64,000 nt of DNA from NCBI GenBank assembly GCA_910588545.1, contig CAJUOU010000003.1:54248-118247 (forward strand), written 5' to 3'. Positions 10,048 through 18,650 of this stretch are shown piece after piece. Under the pieces are notes generated by a model. The model worked only from the letters and a program-made list of their open reading frames with translations, ran no database searches and was not told the DNA's origin. Origin of the DNA: an uncultured Christensenellaceae bacterium. GTDB taxonomy: Bacteria; Bacillota; Clostridia; Christensenellales; UBA3700. Within the stretch, counting starts at the first letter, position 1. Every line of letters starts with the position of its first letter. The translations under genes and the position numbers were made by a program.

Positions 10048-11694
10048 TTAAATCTCCAAACATTCATACTTTTGCAACATTTTAGGATACACACAAACTA
10101 CTGCAAATAAAGCATATAACAAAGAACAACCCAAAGTCGGCAACATACTTATAAAATAGTTAAGACTTATATTGTCTCCAAACAAATCAGGCCAAATCGC
10201 ACCAAAGCAAATTACGCTTATGACTGAAACAAGTAGAAGCGGCAATGCCAACACCAAGGATGTCAAAGATTTGGAATTATTTTTAAACAGCTCTTTATTT
10301 GTATTCCAGACAAAGTTTGGCGATTTTAAATCAAAATTTATAACAATTACATTTACCGCATTGCCCGCAATAAACACAGAAAGCACAGTCATAATTACAA
10401 TTACATAATGCACTTTAGCGATAAACATACTTACAATTAAAACCAAAGTCATTAGCAAAGTATATAAACTTGCTAGTGCAATTTTTTGATTGACAACCAT
10501 TTTATCGGGAACAGGCAACATTTTAAGTACATCCATTTGCCTGCCCTCGCGTGAAAATGCGACAATGGCAAAATAGTTCATACCGCAGCCGAAAACCATT
10601 GCAAGACTTACAGCAATAGTAATCACAGGGGCACTACCGCCCGGTTGATTATCACCTCCGTAAATCAAACTCATCATTATCATTACTATAGGCACGATAA
10701 CTAACCCCATCAAATAGTTTATAGCACCGCTTGTCTCCCCAAGGCAGCTTTTTAAATCTCTTAACACCAACGATTGAGCAGGAGATTGAACTTGATTATC
10801 CTTTACCTTGCCATTTCCTTTAGCACCGCTTTCTAAACCTCTTCTTGCGCTTCCTTTATACAAAAATGCGGAAATAGTTATTGAAATAGCAGCAAGACCC
10901 GCAATTATCGCAAAGAAAATACCGAAATTTTTAAACGCTTCTAGCCCGCTTGTAACCATACTGTTTGCAAGATATGTGTTCGGATAAATTATATACGACA
11001 TAATTTTCATTGCGCTTTGTATGCTTTCCATATTAAGGCTGCCGCCTTGTGCTGTATTTTGCATTGCAAAAATCAAATAATAATATCCCGCAAAAAAGCC
11101 GGCGAACAGCAACAATACAATTATCGTTCCTATAATATTGTTACGTTTAAAATAACTTATTACGTATCCCAATGGAACAGCGATTATACTAATGATAAAC
11201 AGCGGTATAAAAGGAGTTAATATACTGCCAAGTATTCCTAAAATATAAAATCCCGCACTTTTGATAGCAGCCCCAATACCCATTACAAGTACAACAGGTA
11301 GTTGGATAAGTAGTGCAAGTCCCAAATGCAACAAATACACCGTTGTAAGCTTGGACAGAAATATATCCAATCCCGTTACGGGTAACGCCATTAATAGCTC
11401 TGTATCCTTTGCGAAAAACAATACCGAAATGGATGACATTACAGCAAAAAACATCACTATTATTTCACTTAAAAACATAATAGATGCTATTGCACTTGCG
11501 ACCATGTCCATAGTCATATTTCTTGAAATGTAGTACACCGCTATGCAAGCAATAATCAAAATAGGCAACATAAGCACACTAAGCGCAACATAAACTGCAA
11601 TGTCTCTACGCCTTTGCTTAAAATCTTTGCTAAGCCCAAACATTATTTTAAAGTTATTTGCTAAAAGCGGTAAAAAAGCCTTTGTCATAATCAA
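10048..11694 (-). CDS. Multi-pass membrane protein, putative ABC exporter permease
   Basis: 548 aa with more than 10 hydrophobic segments. Overlaps by 4 nt the stop of the upstream ABC ATPase gene. Confidence 0.65.
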   Translation of the reverse strand: MIMTKAFLPLLANNFKIMFGLSKDFKQRRRDIAVYVALSVLMLPILIIACIAVYYISRNMTMDMVASAIASIMFLSEIIVMFFAVMSSISVLFFAKDTELLMALPVTGLDIFLSKLTTVYLLHLGLALLIQLPVVLVMGIGAAIKSAGFYILGILGSILTPFIPLFIISIIAVPLGYVISYFKRNNIIGTIIVLLLFAGFFAGYYYLIFAMQNTAQGGSLNMESIQSAMKIMSYIIYPNTYLANSMVTSGLEAFKNFGIFFAIIAGLAAISITISAFLYKGSARRGLESGAKGNGKVKDNQVQSPAQSLVLRDLKSCLGETSGAINYLMGLVIVPIVMIMMSLIYGGDNQPGGSAPVITIAVSLAMVFGCGMNYFAIVAFSREGRQMDVLKMLPVPDKMVVNQKIALASLYTLLMTLVLIVSMFIAKVHYVIVIMTVLSVFIAGNAVNVIVINFDLKSPNFVWNTNKELFKNNSKSLTSLVLALPLLLVSVISVICFGAIWPDLFGDNISLNYFISMLPTLGCSLLYALFAVVCVYPKMLQKYECLEI

Positions 11695-12593
11695 ACTCCT
11701 TCATCCACACTTTCAGCAGAGATATTTGTATCGCTATTATCTGCAATAGTATCGATTTTTGACGTATTTTTATCAATATCTTCGCTTGAATTGTCTTGAG
11801 TATTTACCTCATTTTTAACTTCGCCACCATTTATATCATTGCTTTTAACTTGCTTGTTTTCGCTAGTATATTTTGTATCCGTAAGTTCAAGGAAAATATC
11901 TTCCAAGCTTTTGCCTTGTTGTTTTTGCTCAAGTTCTTCCATTGTAAAGCTTGCTATGATTTCGCCGTCTTTTATTATTGCAATACGGTCACAAAGTTTT
12001 TCCACAACTTCCAAAACGTGTGAGGAGAAAAACACCACATTACCTTTTTCGCAATGCTCTCTCATAAGCCCTTTTAATTCTTTTGCGGATTTAGGGTCCA
12101 AGCCTGTAAGAGGCTCATCCAATATCCATACTTTAGGCTCGTGTATAAGAGCGCCTATTACGCAAATTTTTTGTTTCATACCATGTGAGTACGACTTAAT
12201 AGGGCTGTCAAGCTTGTCCTGCAAATCAAACCTTATTGACAAATCATTTAGCCTTTGGTCACGGTCTTGCTTGGAAACACCGTAAATATTGGCTAAAAAG
12301 TTAACATACTCCCTACCCGTAAGTTTATCGTAAACACTGTGATTGTCGGAAACATAGCCGATATTCTTTTTAGCTGAAATACTGTCCTTTGCCATATCAT
12401 AGCCTGCAATTTCTATACTTCCGTCGTTGTAAGGAAGTATACCCGTAATGCACTTGATAGTCGTTGACTTACCTGCACCATTTGCTCCTATAAAGCCAAA
12501 CACCTCTCCGTCATTTACGATAAGGCTTAAATTTTTTACCGCAAATCTGTCGGCGTTTTTGTACATTTTTGACAAACTGTTAATTTTAATCAT
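11691..12593 (-). CDS. ABC transporter ATP-binding protein with ~70-aa low-complexity acidic tail
   Basis: Walker A GANGAGKST, signature YSHGMKQK and Walker B VWILDEP. The C-terminus after ~aa 230 is N/D/S/E-rich. Confidence 0.9.
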   Translation of the reverse strand: MIKINSLSKMYKNADRFAVKNLSLIVNDGEVFGFIGANGAGKSTTIKCITGILPYNDGSIEIAGYDMAKDSISAKKNIGYVSDNHSVYDKLTGREYVNFLANIYGVSKQDRDQRLNDLSIRFDLQDKLDSPIKSYSHGMKQKICVIGALIHEPKVWILDEPLTGLDPKSAKELKGLMREHCEKGNVVFFSSHVLEVVEKLCDRIAIIKDGEIIASFTMEELEQKQQGKSLEDIFLELTDTKYTSENKQVKSNDINGGEVKNEVNTQDNSSEDIDKNTSKIDTIADNSDTNISAESVDEGV

Positions 12594-12639
12594 TTTTGTC
12601 TCCTTTTACAATTTTGAATTTTTTAGCTTTTTACAATTA

Positions 12640-13938
12640 TCAACCTTTGTTTTTCTTAATAACTTTTGCTCTTACAAGAGTACTCTCCTTTCCGTTTGTA
12701 GACGGAATATACAATTTTTCATCCCTTAAACTATCTGGCAGATACTGTTGCTCAACCCAACCTCCAAAGGAATGCGGATATTTGTACCCCTCCACTTTTT
12801 CAACCTTAAAATTTGCATCGCGCAAATATAACGGTACAATGTCATCTTTTGATTTATTGACAAGTTCGACAGCTTTATCCAAAGCGTTTACCACGCTGTT
12901 TGACTTGCTTGCCTCACATACATAAATAATACTATTTACAAGTGGCAGTCTACCCTCGGGCATACCAATATTTTGAATTGCAAACATTGCCGAAGTTGCC
13001 ATAAGTTGTGCCATAGGGTCTGCCATACCAACATCCTCTGCACTATGAGCAATCAGTCTCCTTGCAATAAGCATTGGGTCACAACCGCTTTCAATCAAAC
13101 GTATTGCCCAATATACCGCGGCATCCGAATCACTACCACGAAGACTTTTGCAAAATGCACTAAGCATATCGTAATACATAGATTCGTCTATCGAAAGTGC
13201 CTTTTTTTGTATAGACTCCTCTGCGATATTCTTATTGATAATTATCTTACCTTGGCTGTCGGGTTGAGTAGTAACAACTGCAAGCTCCAACGCATTGTAA
13301 GCAGTACGCAAATCCCCATCACTTGCCCATACTATATGGTTAAGTGCCTCATCGGTTATTTTTATCTCATAGTTACCCAAACCATTTTCCTTATCCGACA
13401 AAGCTTTATTTAAAGCTTGCTTAATATCTTGGGAGTTAAGCTTTTTAAACTCGAATATCCTACACCTTGAGACAATAGCCCTTGTCATTGATATAAACGG
13501 ATTTTCGGTCGTTGAGCCTATAAATACGATATAACCTTGCTCTATCCCCGCAAGCACTGAGTCTGATTGTGCTTTATTCCATCTATGGCACTCGTCAAGC
13601 ATAAGATAAGTTTTTTTGCCGTACATTTTCAATCTTTCTTTGGCATCTTCTATAACTTTTTTAGCCTCCGCAACACCGCTGGAAACTGCATTCAACCTTA
13701 CAAAGTCTGCCTTTGTCGTGTTTGCGATTATATTTGCCAAAGTAGTTTTACCGCACCCCGGCGGTCCGTAAAATATAATGCTACCAAGGCTATCCGCCGC
13801 AATAGCTCTTCTTAACAACTTGCCTTTGCCCACAATATGAGTCTGCCCAACAAAATCATCAAGACTTGTCGGTCTCATCCTTTCCGCAAGCGGTGCAAGT
13901 TTACTTGTATTATCCATAAAATCAAACAAATTATCCAT
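12640..13938 (-). CDS. rarA: Replication-associated recombination protein A (AAA+ ATPase)
   Basis: LAERMRP...GPPGCGKTT...LDECHRWNK...ALRGSDSDAAVYW, typical of MgsA/RarA. Confidence 0.92.
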   Translation of the reverse strand: MDNLFDFMDNTSKLAPLAERMRPTSLDDFVGQTHIVGKGKLLRRAIAADSLGSIIFYGPPGCGKTTLANIIANTTKADFVRLNAVSSGVAEAKKVIEDAKERLKMYGKKTYLMLDECHRWNKAQSDSVLAGIEQGYIVFIGSTTENPFISMTRAIVSRCRIFEFKKLNSQDIKQALNKALSDKENGLGNYEIKITDEALNHIVWASDGDLRTAYNALELAVVTTQPDSQGKIIINKNIAEESIQKKALSIDESMYYDMLSAFCKSLRGSDSDAAVYWAIRLIESGCDPMLIARRLIAHSAEDVGMADPMAQLMATSAMFAIQNIGMPEGRLPLVNSIIYVCEASKSNSVVNALDKAVELVNKSKDDIVPLYLRDANFKVEKVEGYKYPHSFGGWVEQQYLPDSLRDEKLYIPSTNGKESTLVRAKVIKKNKG

Positions 13939-14096
13939 ATAAACATTTTACACCTAATTATTAGCCGTTGTCAATAGTTATCAAAACTATATTTTATCAC
14001 AAATTATTATATATTAAACGCTTAATAATTTATATAGCACAATTTAAATGTATTAATCCGAAAGTTAAATATGCCTATTTAAGCCTAATTAATTTA

Positions 14097-14269
14097 ACAT
14101 AGAATAAGTATATCTATGTACAAAATCGAAGATTTTTTGAGTTTAAATATATAATTTTTGTATGCTTAAAGTAAAGAGTTTACAAAACCTTTATCATAAC
14201 GTTGACATTATCTTACTTTTTAGTTTAAAATATACATATAATATGTACATAGATATACTTATTCCATGT
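14097..14269. promoter_or_regulatory. Candidate invertible promoter element (inverton), copy 1
   Basis: IR-L ACATAGAATAAGTATATCTATGTACA at 14097-14122. IR-R at 14244-14269 is its reverse complement with 1 mismatch. The core carries TTGACA (14202-14207)-18-TAAAAT (14226-14231) reading toward +. Confidence 0.5.
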
Positions 14270-14420
14270 ACCCAAACTTTACATTAAAGGCAAATATTTA
14301 ACCCCAATAGTCCCGATTTTTGATAGGATTATTGCAGTGAACAGCACTTTTTGCCAACTTGAAACTTTACACAAAAAGTTACACCCCAAAATTAAATGTT
14401 TCGGGGTGTATTTTATTTTT
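14238..14420 (+). ncRNA. Candidate ~180-nt sRNA (copy 1), from the core promoter to an intrinsic terminator
   Basis: Predicted TSS ~7 nt after the -10. Hairpins: GGCAAA/TTTGCC (14289-14294 with 14350-14355) enclosing a 9-bp stem (14305-14313 with 14326-14334), then AACTT/AAGTT (14356-14360 with 14376-14380), then terminator ACACCCC...GGGGTGT plus T-run (14381-14420). No plausible ORF. Confidence 0.4.
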
Positions 14421-14569
14421 AAGATTTATATCTTCTATCAAAATGCTAGAAAAAATGTGGCTCATTTAATGATTATCTGCTTAATCAACTTTTATCTTAA
14501 ATTGCATTAGGCATTAAATTATCTTTATACCAAAAACCATTTATTGCTATATAAGTTAACTAACAAAAA

Positions 14570-14602
14570 ATATCGGGGTGAGATTCACTCCGATATTTTT
14601 TG
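14570..14602. terminator. Bidirectional terminator after the minus-strand gene 14682-16016
   Basis: 11-bp stem ATATCGGGGTG / CACTCCGATAT (one G-U pair) flanked by A-run and T-run. Confidence 0.65.
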
Positions 14603-14681
14603 TTAATTAAATTAAAAACAACACTTGTCGCAATTATTCTAAAAATTATAATCTTAATCAATCGTATTGACTGCTAAATTA

Positions 14682-16016
14682 TTACCTTTTACCCCAATAG
14701 TCACTCGCCTTTGTGGTTATAATATGTGTAGGGGTTATTTGTCCCGTCTCATCCATAACAATTTTTGTACCTCCAAAAAAGTAGCTTGAATTCCAAGGCT
14801 TAGGGGACGGACCTGCTTTTAAGCCATATCCGTACATTATATTGTCATATTCAAATACTATATCATTTTCGTGGTCGTGACCTACAAACCAACCTTTTAA
14901 TCCCAAATCTTTCATACTGTCGACCATACCTGTATTGTATAGTGCGTGTCCCGGAACATAAGCAAACCTGCCTAAAATTCCCTTTAACTCTTTCCCGTCA
15001 ACAACAGGATAACTGTTATCGCTATCGCTAGCGGGTTTAAACTCCGGAGTGTTACCGCTTGGCGGGTTATAAGCACCGCTAATCGTCCAATACCCCTCAC
15101 TATCCTGCTTTTGCAAATCATCGCTACTACTATTGTCTTGGATTTGTCCGTCAAGTCTGCCGTTTGCTCCTGCCACATATTTAAGCAATACATTTCCCAT
15201 TTCATAAGGCGCACAATGTGTAAAGAATATACTTGGCACAACGCTGCCCGATAATTTGTTTATGTTTTTAGCTTGCCATTTACACCACTCAATTTGTGCG
15301 TAAGGGAATGGCCTTTCCTTATTGTTTCTGCCCTCTTTTTCGTAAACGGAGTTTTTTAATTCCTTTGAATAGTTTGCATAAGCACTATTATCCAACATAT
15401 AAAGTGACTGAACTATTTTGTCCCCCTCTTTTACATTTATGACATAGTTGCCAAGCAAATCGCCATACTCGTCGCCCAAATTAGTTGGACCTTTTTGAAA
15501 AAGACAATGTCCGCCGTTTTCGCGAGAGGCTTTTAAATATTGGTCTCCCGACCAATTAGGAGTTGCGCGCATTTCGTTATCGTGATTACCAAAAACAGGC
15601 GCCCACAAAAAATCATAGTTTGCAGCCAGCTCCTCAATTTTGTTAACAAAAGTTTTTAAAAGCTCAGGCACACCCACGCCCGAAACATTATCTCCTGTAA
15701 AAACAACCAAATCCGGCTCTGCTTGCATTATAACTTTTTCCGCTGTTTCAAATGCAAAATTATTATCCTTACCGCTACTCCAAAGTTGCATATCGGTCAG
15801 TTGAACTATTACAAAATCTTTATTCGCCTCTTTTTGCACAACAACCGAATGTGTGTTTATATCGTACGCAGAGTTAGGACCAAGCCATAAATTTTCGTAC
15901 TTTTTGCCTTTAAGAGGTATAAACAATACGCATACAGTTACGATTAGACTAACCAAAACAATACTGCAAATACTACCTACAATGCAAATAAATTTTTTGT
16001 TTTTTACAGATAACAT
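14682..16016 (-). CDS. Membrane-anchored calcineurin-like metallophosphoesterase
   Basis: N-terminal TM helix, then TGDNV, GNHDNE and GHDHEND motifs. Start moved to MLSVKNKK (ATG 16016), which has an AAGGGAGAA RBS. Confidence 0.8.
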   Translation of the reverse strand: MLSVKNKKFICIVGSICSIVLVSLIVTVCVLFIPLKGKKYENLWLGPNSAYDINTHSVVVQKEANKDFVIVQLTDMQLWSSGKDNNFAFETAEKVIMQAEPDLVVFTGDNVSGVGVPELLKTFVNKIEELAANYDFLWAPVFGNHDNEMRATPNWSGDQYLKASRENGGHCLFQKGPTNLGDEYGDLLGNYVINVKEGDKIVQSLYMLDNSAYANYSKELKNSVYEKEGRNNKERPFPYAQIEWCKWQAKNINKLSGSVVPSIFFTHCAPYEMGNVLLKYVAGANGRLDGQIQDNSSSDDLQKQDSEGYWTISGAYNPPSGNTPEFKPASDSDNSYPVVDGKELKGILGRFAYVPGHALYNTGMVDSMKDLGLKGWFVGHDHENDIVFEYDNIMYGYGLKAGPSPKPWNSSYFFGGTKIVMDETGQITPTHIITTKASDYWGKR

Positions 16017-16228
16017 TTTTTCTCCCTTAATAGATAATTGCACAAAAAACAATTAAAAATTATATAGATAGAGTATATTTCTGTAATAATTATATATTTA
16101 ATTTAAAATATTGTCAATATGGAATTAATAAAAAAATTAATTTAAAAAGTTAAAAATTCTATTGCTTTTTTAGCAATAAATTATAAAAAATTTAGAAAAT
16201 TGCGACTCGTCGCTGTCTTTATCCTATC

Positions 16229-17143
16229 TTACCGTCTAAGTAGTTTTCCTACTCTGTTCATCATTGACGTTTTGTGGTCAAACATCGAGTGTGCATATCT
16301 ATTTAACGTAATTGTAGGGTTTGCATGTCCCAAAATTTCCGACAATGTTTTAACATCCATACCGCACTCTAACGCACGTGTTGCAAAAGTATGTCTTAAG
16401 GAGTGGAAGCCCTTGTGAGCAATGCCCAAATCCAACAACATTTTTTCAAAAAACCTTTGATATGTCCTTACACCCGAGCCATAGTCTGTCCTGCCTGGGA
16501 TAACATACTTGGACTCCGCATTTCTTCTCATAACTTTAAGATAAGGCACAAGCTGTTTAGGCATTGGTATTATCCTTTGAGAAGTATGTGTCTTAGGGGT
16601 GTCGATTACTTTTACATAGCCGCTCTCCCCCCAACTGTCGTGACAAGACTTGGAAACTTTGATAACGCACTTTCTCATATCCAAATCCGACCACTCAAGT
16701 GCCAACAACTCGCCTAAACGAATACCTGTATAAAGTGTCAAAAGCACACCGAAATACTTTGGTTTGTCAATAAAGACGATAAAGTTTTCAAGCTTTCTTT
16801 GCTCATAGATTGAAAAACACTCCACACGTTTTAGCTGTTGCTTTGGACGGGTAAGATAGTTTGAATATTCCTTGTCTATTATATCCAATTCCACAGCCTT
16901 GACAAGCGACAACTTTAATAGTGAAATCATTCCGTGAATCGTTGCACTTGCATATCCTTGATACATTTTTGTGTTGACAAATTGCTGCAACACAGCTGTC
17001 GACAACTCGTTCAAGTGATATTCACCTAGCTCAGGCAAAATATGAGCTTTTGCTAAATGACAATACTTTTCGTATGTCCTTTCCTTTACTTGTGACTTTA
17101 CATAGCAGTTAAGCCACTCACTGCACCATTGTTTGTAAACCAT
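16229..17143 (-). CDS. Tyrosine site-specific recombinase (phage-integrase/Xer family), orphan
   Basis: Full catalytic set visible: TGIRLGE (Arg), HSLRHTF (His-x-x-Arg), LGHANP (His), RYAHS (Tyr). An N-terminal SAM-like core-binding domain is present. Start at MVYKQW (ATG 17143), with GGAGG 8 nt upstream. No phage, IS or ICE genes are adjacent. Confidence 0.9.
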   Translation of the reverse strand: MVYKQWCSEWLNCYVKSQVKERTYEKYCHLAKAHILPELGEYHLNELSTAVLQQFVNTKMYQGYASATIHGMISLLKLSLVKAVELDIIDKEYSNYLTRPKQQLKRVECFSIYEQRKLENFIVFIDKPKYFGVLLTLYTGIRLGELLALEWSDLDMRKCVIKVSKSCHDSWGESGYVKVIDTPKTHTSQRIIPMPKQLVPYLKVMRRNAESKYVIPGRTDYGSGVRTYQRFFEKMLLDLGIAHKGFHSLRHTFATRALECGMDVKTLSEILGHANPTITLNRYAHSMFDHKTSMMNRVGKLLRR

Positions 17144-17355
17144 AATTGGTTCCTCCATAAAAAAATTTATTTCACTTTTAAAAAAGTGATACTTTAATTA
17201 TAATTCACAATTTGGCAGTTTTAAATATTTTTTCTTTACTTTTTCCGAAAATTTACATATATTTTTAATAATTATTTTACATTGATTTTATTTTAGAGAT
17301 TTTTTCTCACATAATTATTAAATAATTTTAACTTTTACTATACATTTGTTTTATT

Positions 17356-17384
17356 TTGACATATTGCAAAAATTGCGGTATAAT
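17356..17384 (+). promoter_or_regulatory. Consensus sigma-A promoter for 17490-18527
   Basis: TTGACA (17356-17361), 17-nt spacer, TATAAT (17379-17384). Confidence 0.65.
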
Positions 17385-17489
17385 ACTCATATACAAAGCT
17401 ATTTGTAAAAAATATTGTTTATATCTATTAAATAAATATAAATTCTTTTACAAATGCTTACAAACAAATTAATTTACGGGAATTATATT

Positions 17490-18527
17490 ATGAAAAAACA
17501 CAAATCACTACTGCTTATTTTGATTATTGCGGTTGCAATACTGACTTTTTCTCTTTCTGCGTGTGCAAAAACGCAACCTGCGGAGCTTACACCCGAGAAA
17601 GCTGCTTTTTACAAAAGTTGGATGAGTCATTTAGATGATAACACTCGCATAAAAAACGTAGCGATACTCGGCTCTCACGATAGTGGTATATCCACTACAA
17701 CAAGCATTATTAAGGATATGACTAAAACTCAAGACCTTACCATTGCAGAACAATTAAATTACGGCTGCAGATATTTTGATATTCGGGTAAGCAAAAATAA
17801 AAAGGGCGATTTGACAATATTTCACAGCATTGATACTACGGGCGAAAAATTTACCGATATAGCAAACGGTCTTGTAAATTTTTTAAAGGAAAATCCAAGC
17901 GAGTTTTTAGTGCTTGATTTTCAACACTTTAACAATGAATCTCAACTATCTGTAATAGATGTTATAAACAGTAGCGGACTTATTGATTATGCCATAAAAA
18001 ACAATACAACTATGTCCGACCTTGATTTTGCAGATAGTTTGACTGTACAAGATATGAGAGGAAAAGCGATATTAATTTGGGGTAGCAATCAAGCAAATGA
18101 TAGTACTTACCCTTATCTTTTTAGACGAAACAACGATAAATGTACCATCGAAAACGCCGTGTTGGACTCGCTATACCTAAGTGAAGACAACAAAAAACCA
18201 AGTGAAAAATTTATTGAGGAAACAATACCCAAGTACTTTGAGCATATCATCGCAACAGAAAAGGGCTTAACCGTACTTCAAGCACAGCTGACTGCAAAAG
18301 GATTGGATAATCTTAAAAATTTGGAAAACAGTCACAACGAAAATATGAGCAAATTTATAAGAAGCATTGGGGATAATAAAATTTACCTTAATGCGGTAAA
18401 TATAATTATGCGTGACTTTATCGGCAGTGATTTGGAAAAGACAAACAGCGTACTTTACCTAAACGTACTGAAAAACAATATAAAAGCTGTTAGCACCGCA
18501 TTATTTTCAAACCATACGAAAAATTAG
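17490..18527 (+). CDS. PI-PLC X-domain (PLC-like phosphodiesterase) lipoprotein
   Basis: Signal peptide with lipobox (LTFSLSAC). ILGSHDSG and CRYFDIRV...IFHS motifs match the PI-PLC X box. Start placed at MKKHKSLL (17490). Confidence 0.75.
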   Translation: MKKHKSLLLILIIAVAILTFSLSACAKTQPAELTPEKAAFYKSWMSHLDDNTRIKNVAILGSHDSGISTTTSIIKDMTKTQDLTIAEQLNYGCRYFDIRVSKNKKGDLTIFHSIDTTGEKFTDIANGLVNFLKENPSEFLVLDFQHFNNESQLSVIDVINSSGLIDYAIKNNTTMSDLDFADSLTVQDMRGKAILIWGSNQANDSTYPYLFRRNNDKCTIENAVLDSLYLSEDNKKPSEKFIEETIPKYFEHIIATEKGLTVLQAQLTAKGLDNLKNLENSHNENMSKFIRSIGDNKIYLNAVNIIMRDFIGSDLEKTNSVLYLNVLKNNIKAVSTALFSNHTKN

Positions 18528-18650
18528 AAAAAAACGACACATTCAAATTGTTTTTGCCATAAAAAACAACTTCATAAGATTTTGTATTGACATACGGCGG
18601 AAAAAAATATATACTTTAGTTATAAAATAATTTATTTTGCAGGGAAAATT

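Larger units (their letters stand above)
14097..14470 (+). repeat. Copy 1 of a ~370-bp duplicated intergenic module (IR / 121-bp core / IR / conserved RNA-like segment / terminator)
   Basis: Colinear with 26421-26800. The IRs and the first ~75 nt after IR-R (14270-14342) are identical, with only scattered substitutions after that. The 121-bp core is only ~70 percent identical by eye, with no indels. Confidence 0.9.

Noticed and set aside
16053-16100. TATATAGATAGAGTATATTTCTG near the recombinase gene, vaguely resembling the switch IR (ATAGATATACTTATTC).
   Set aside because: Only a 7-nt core (ATAGATA) matches and there is no inverted partner. I treat it as chance in AT-rich DNA.
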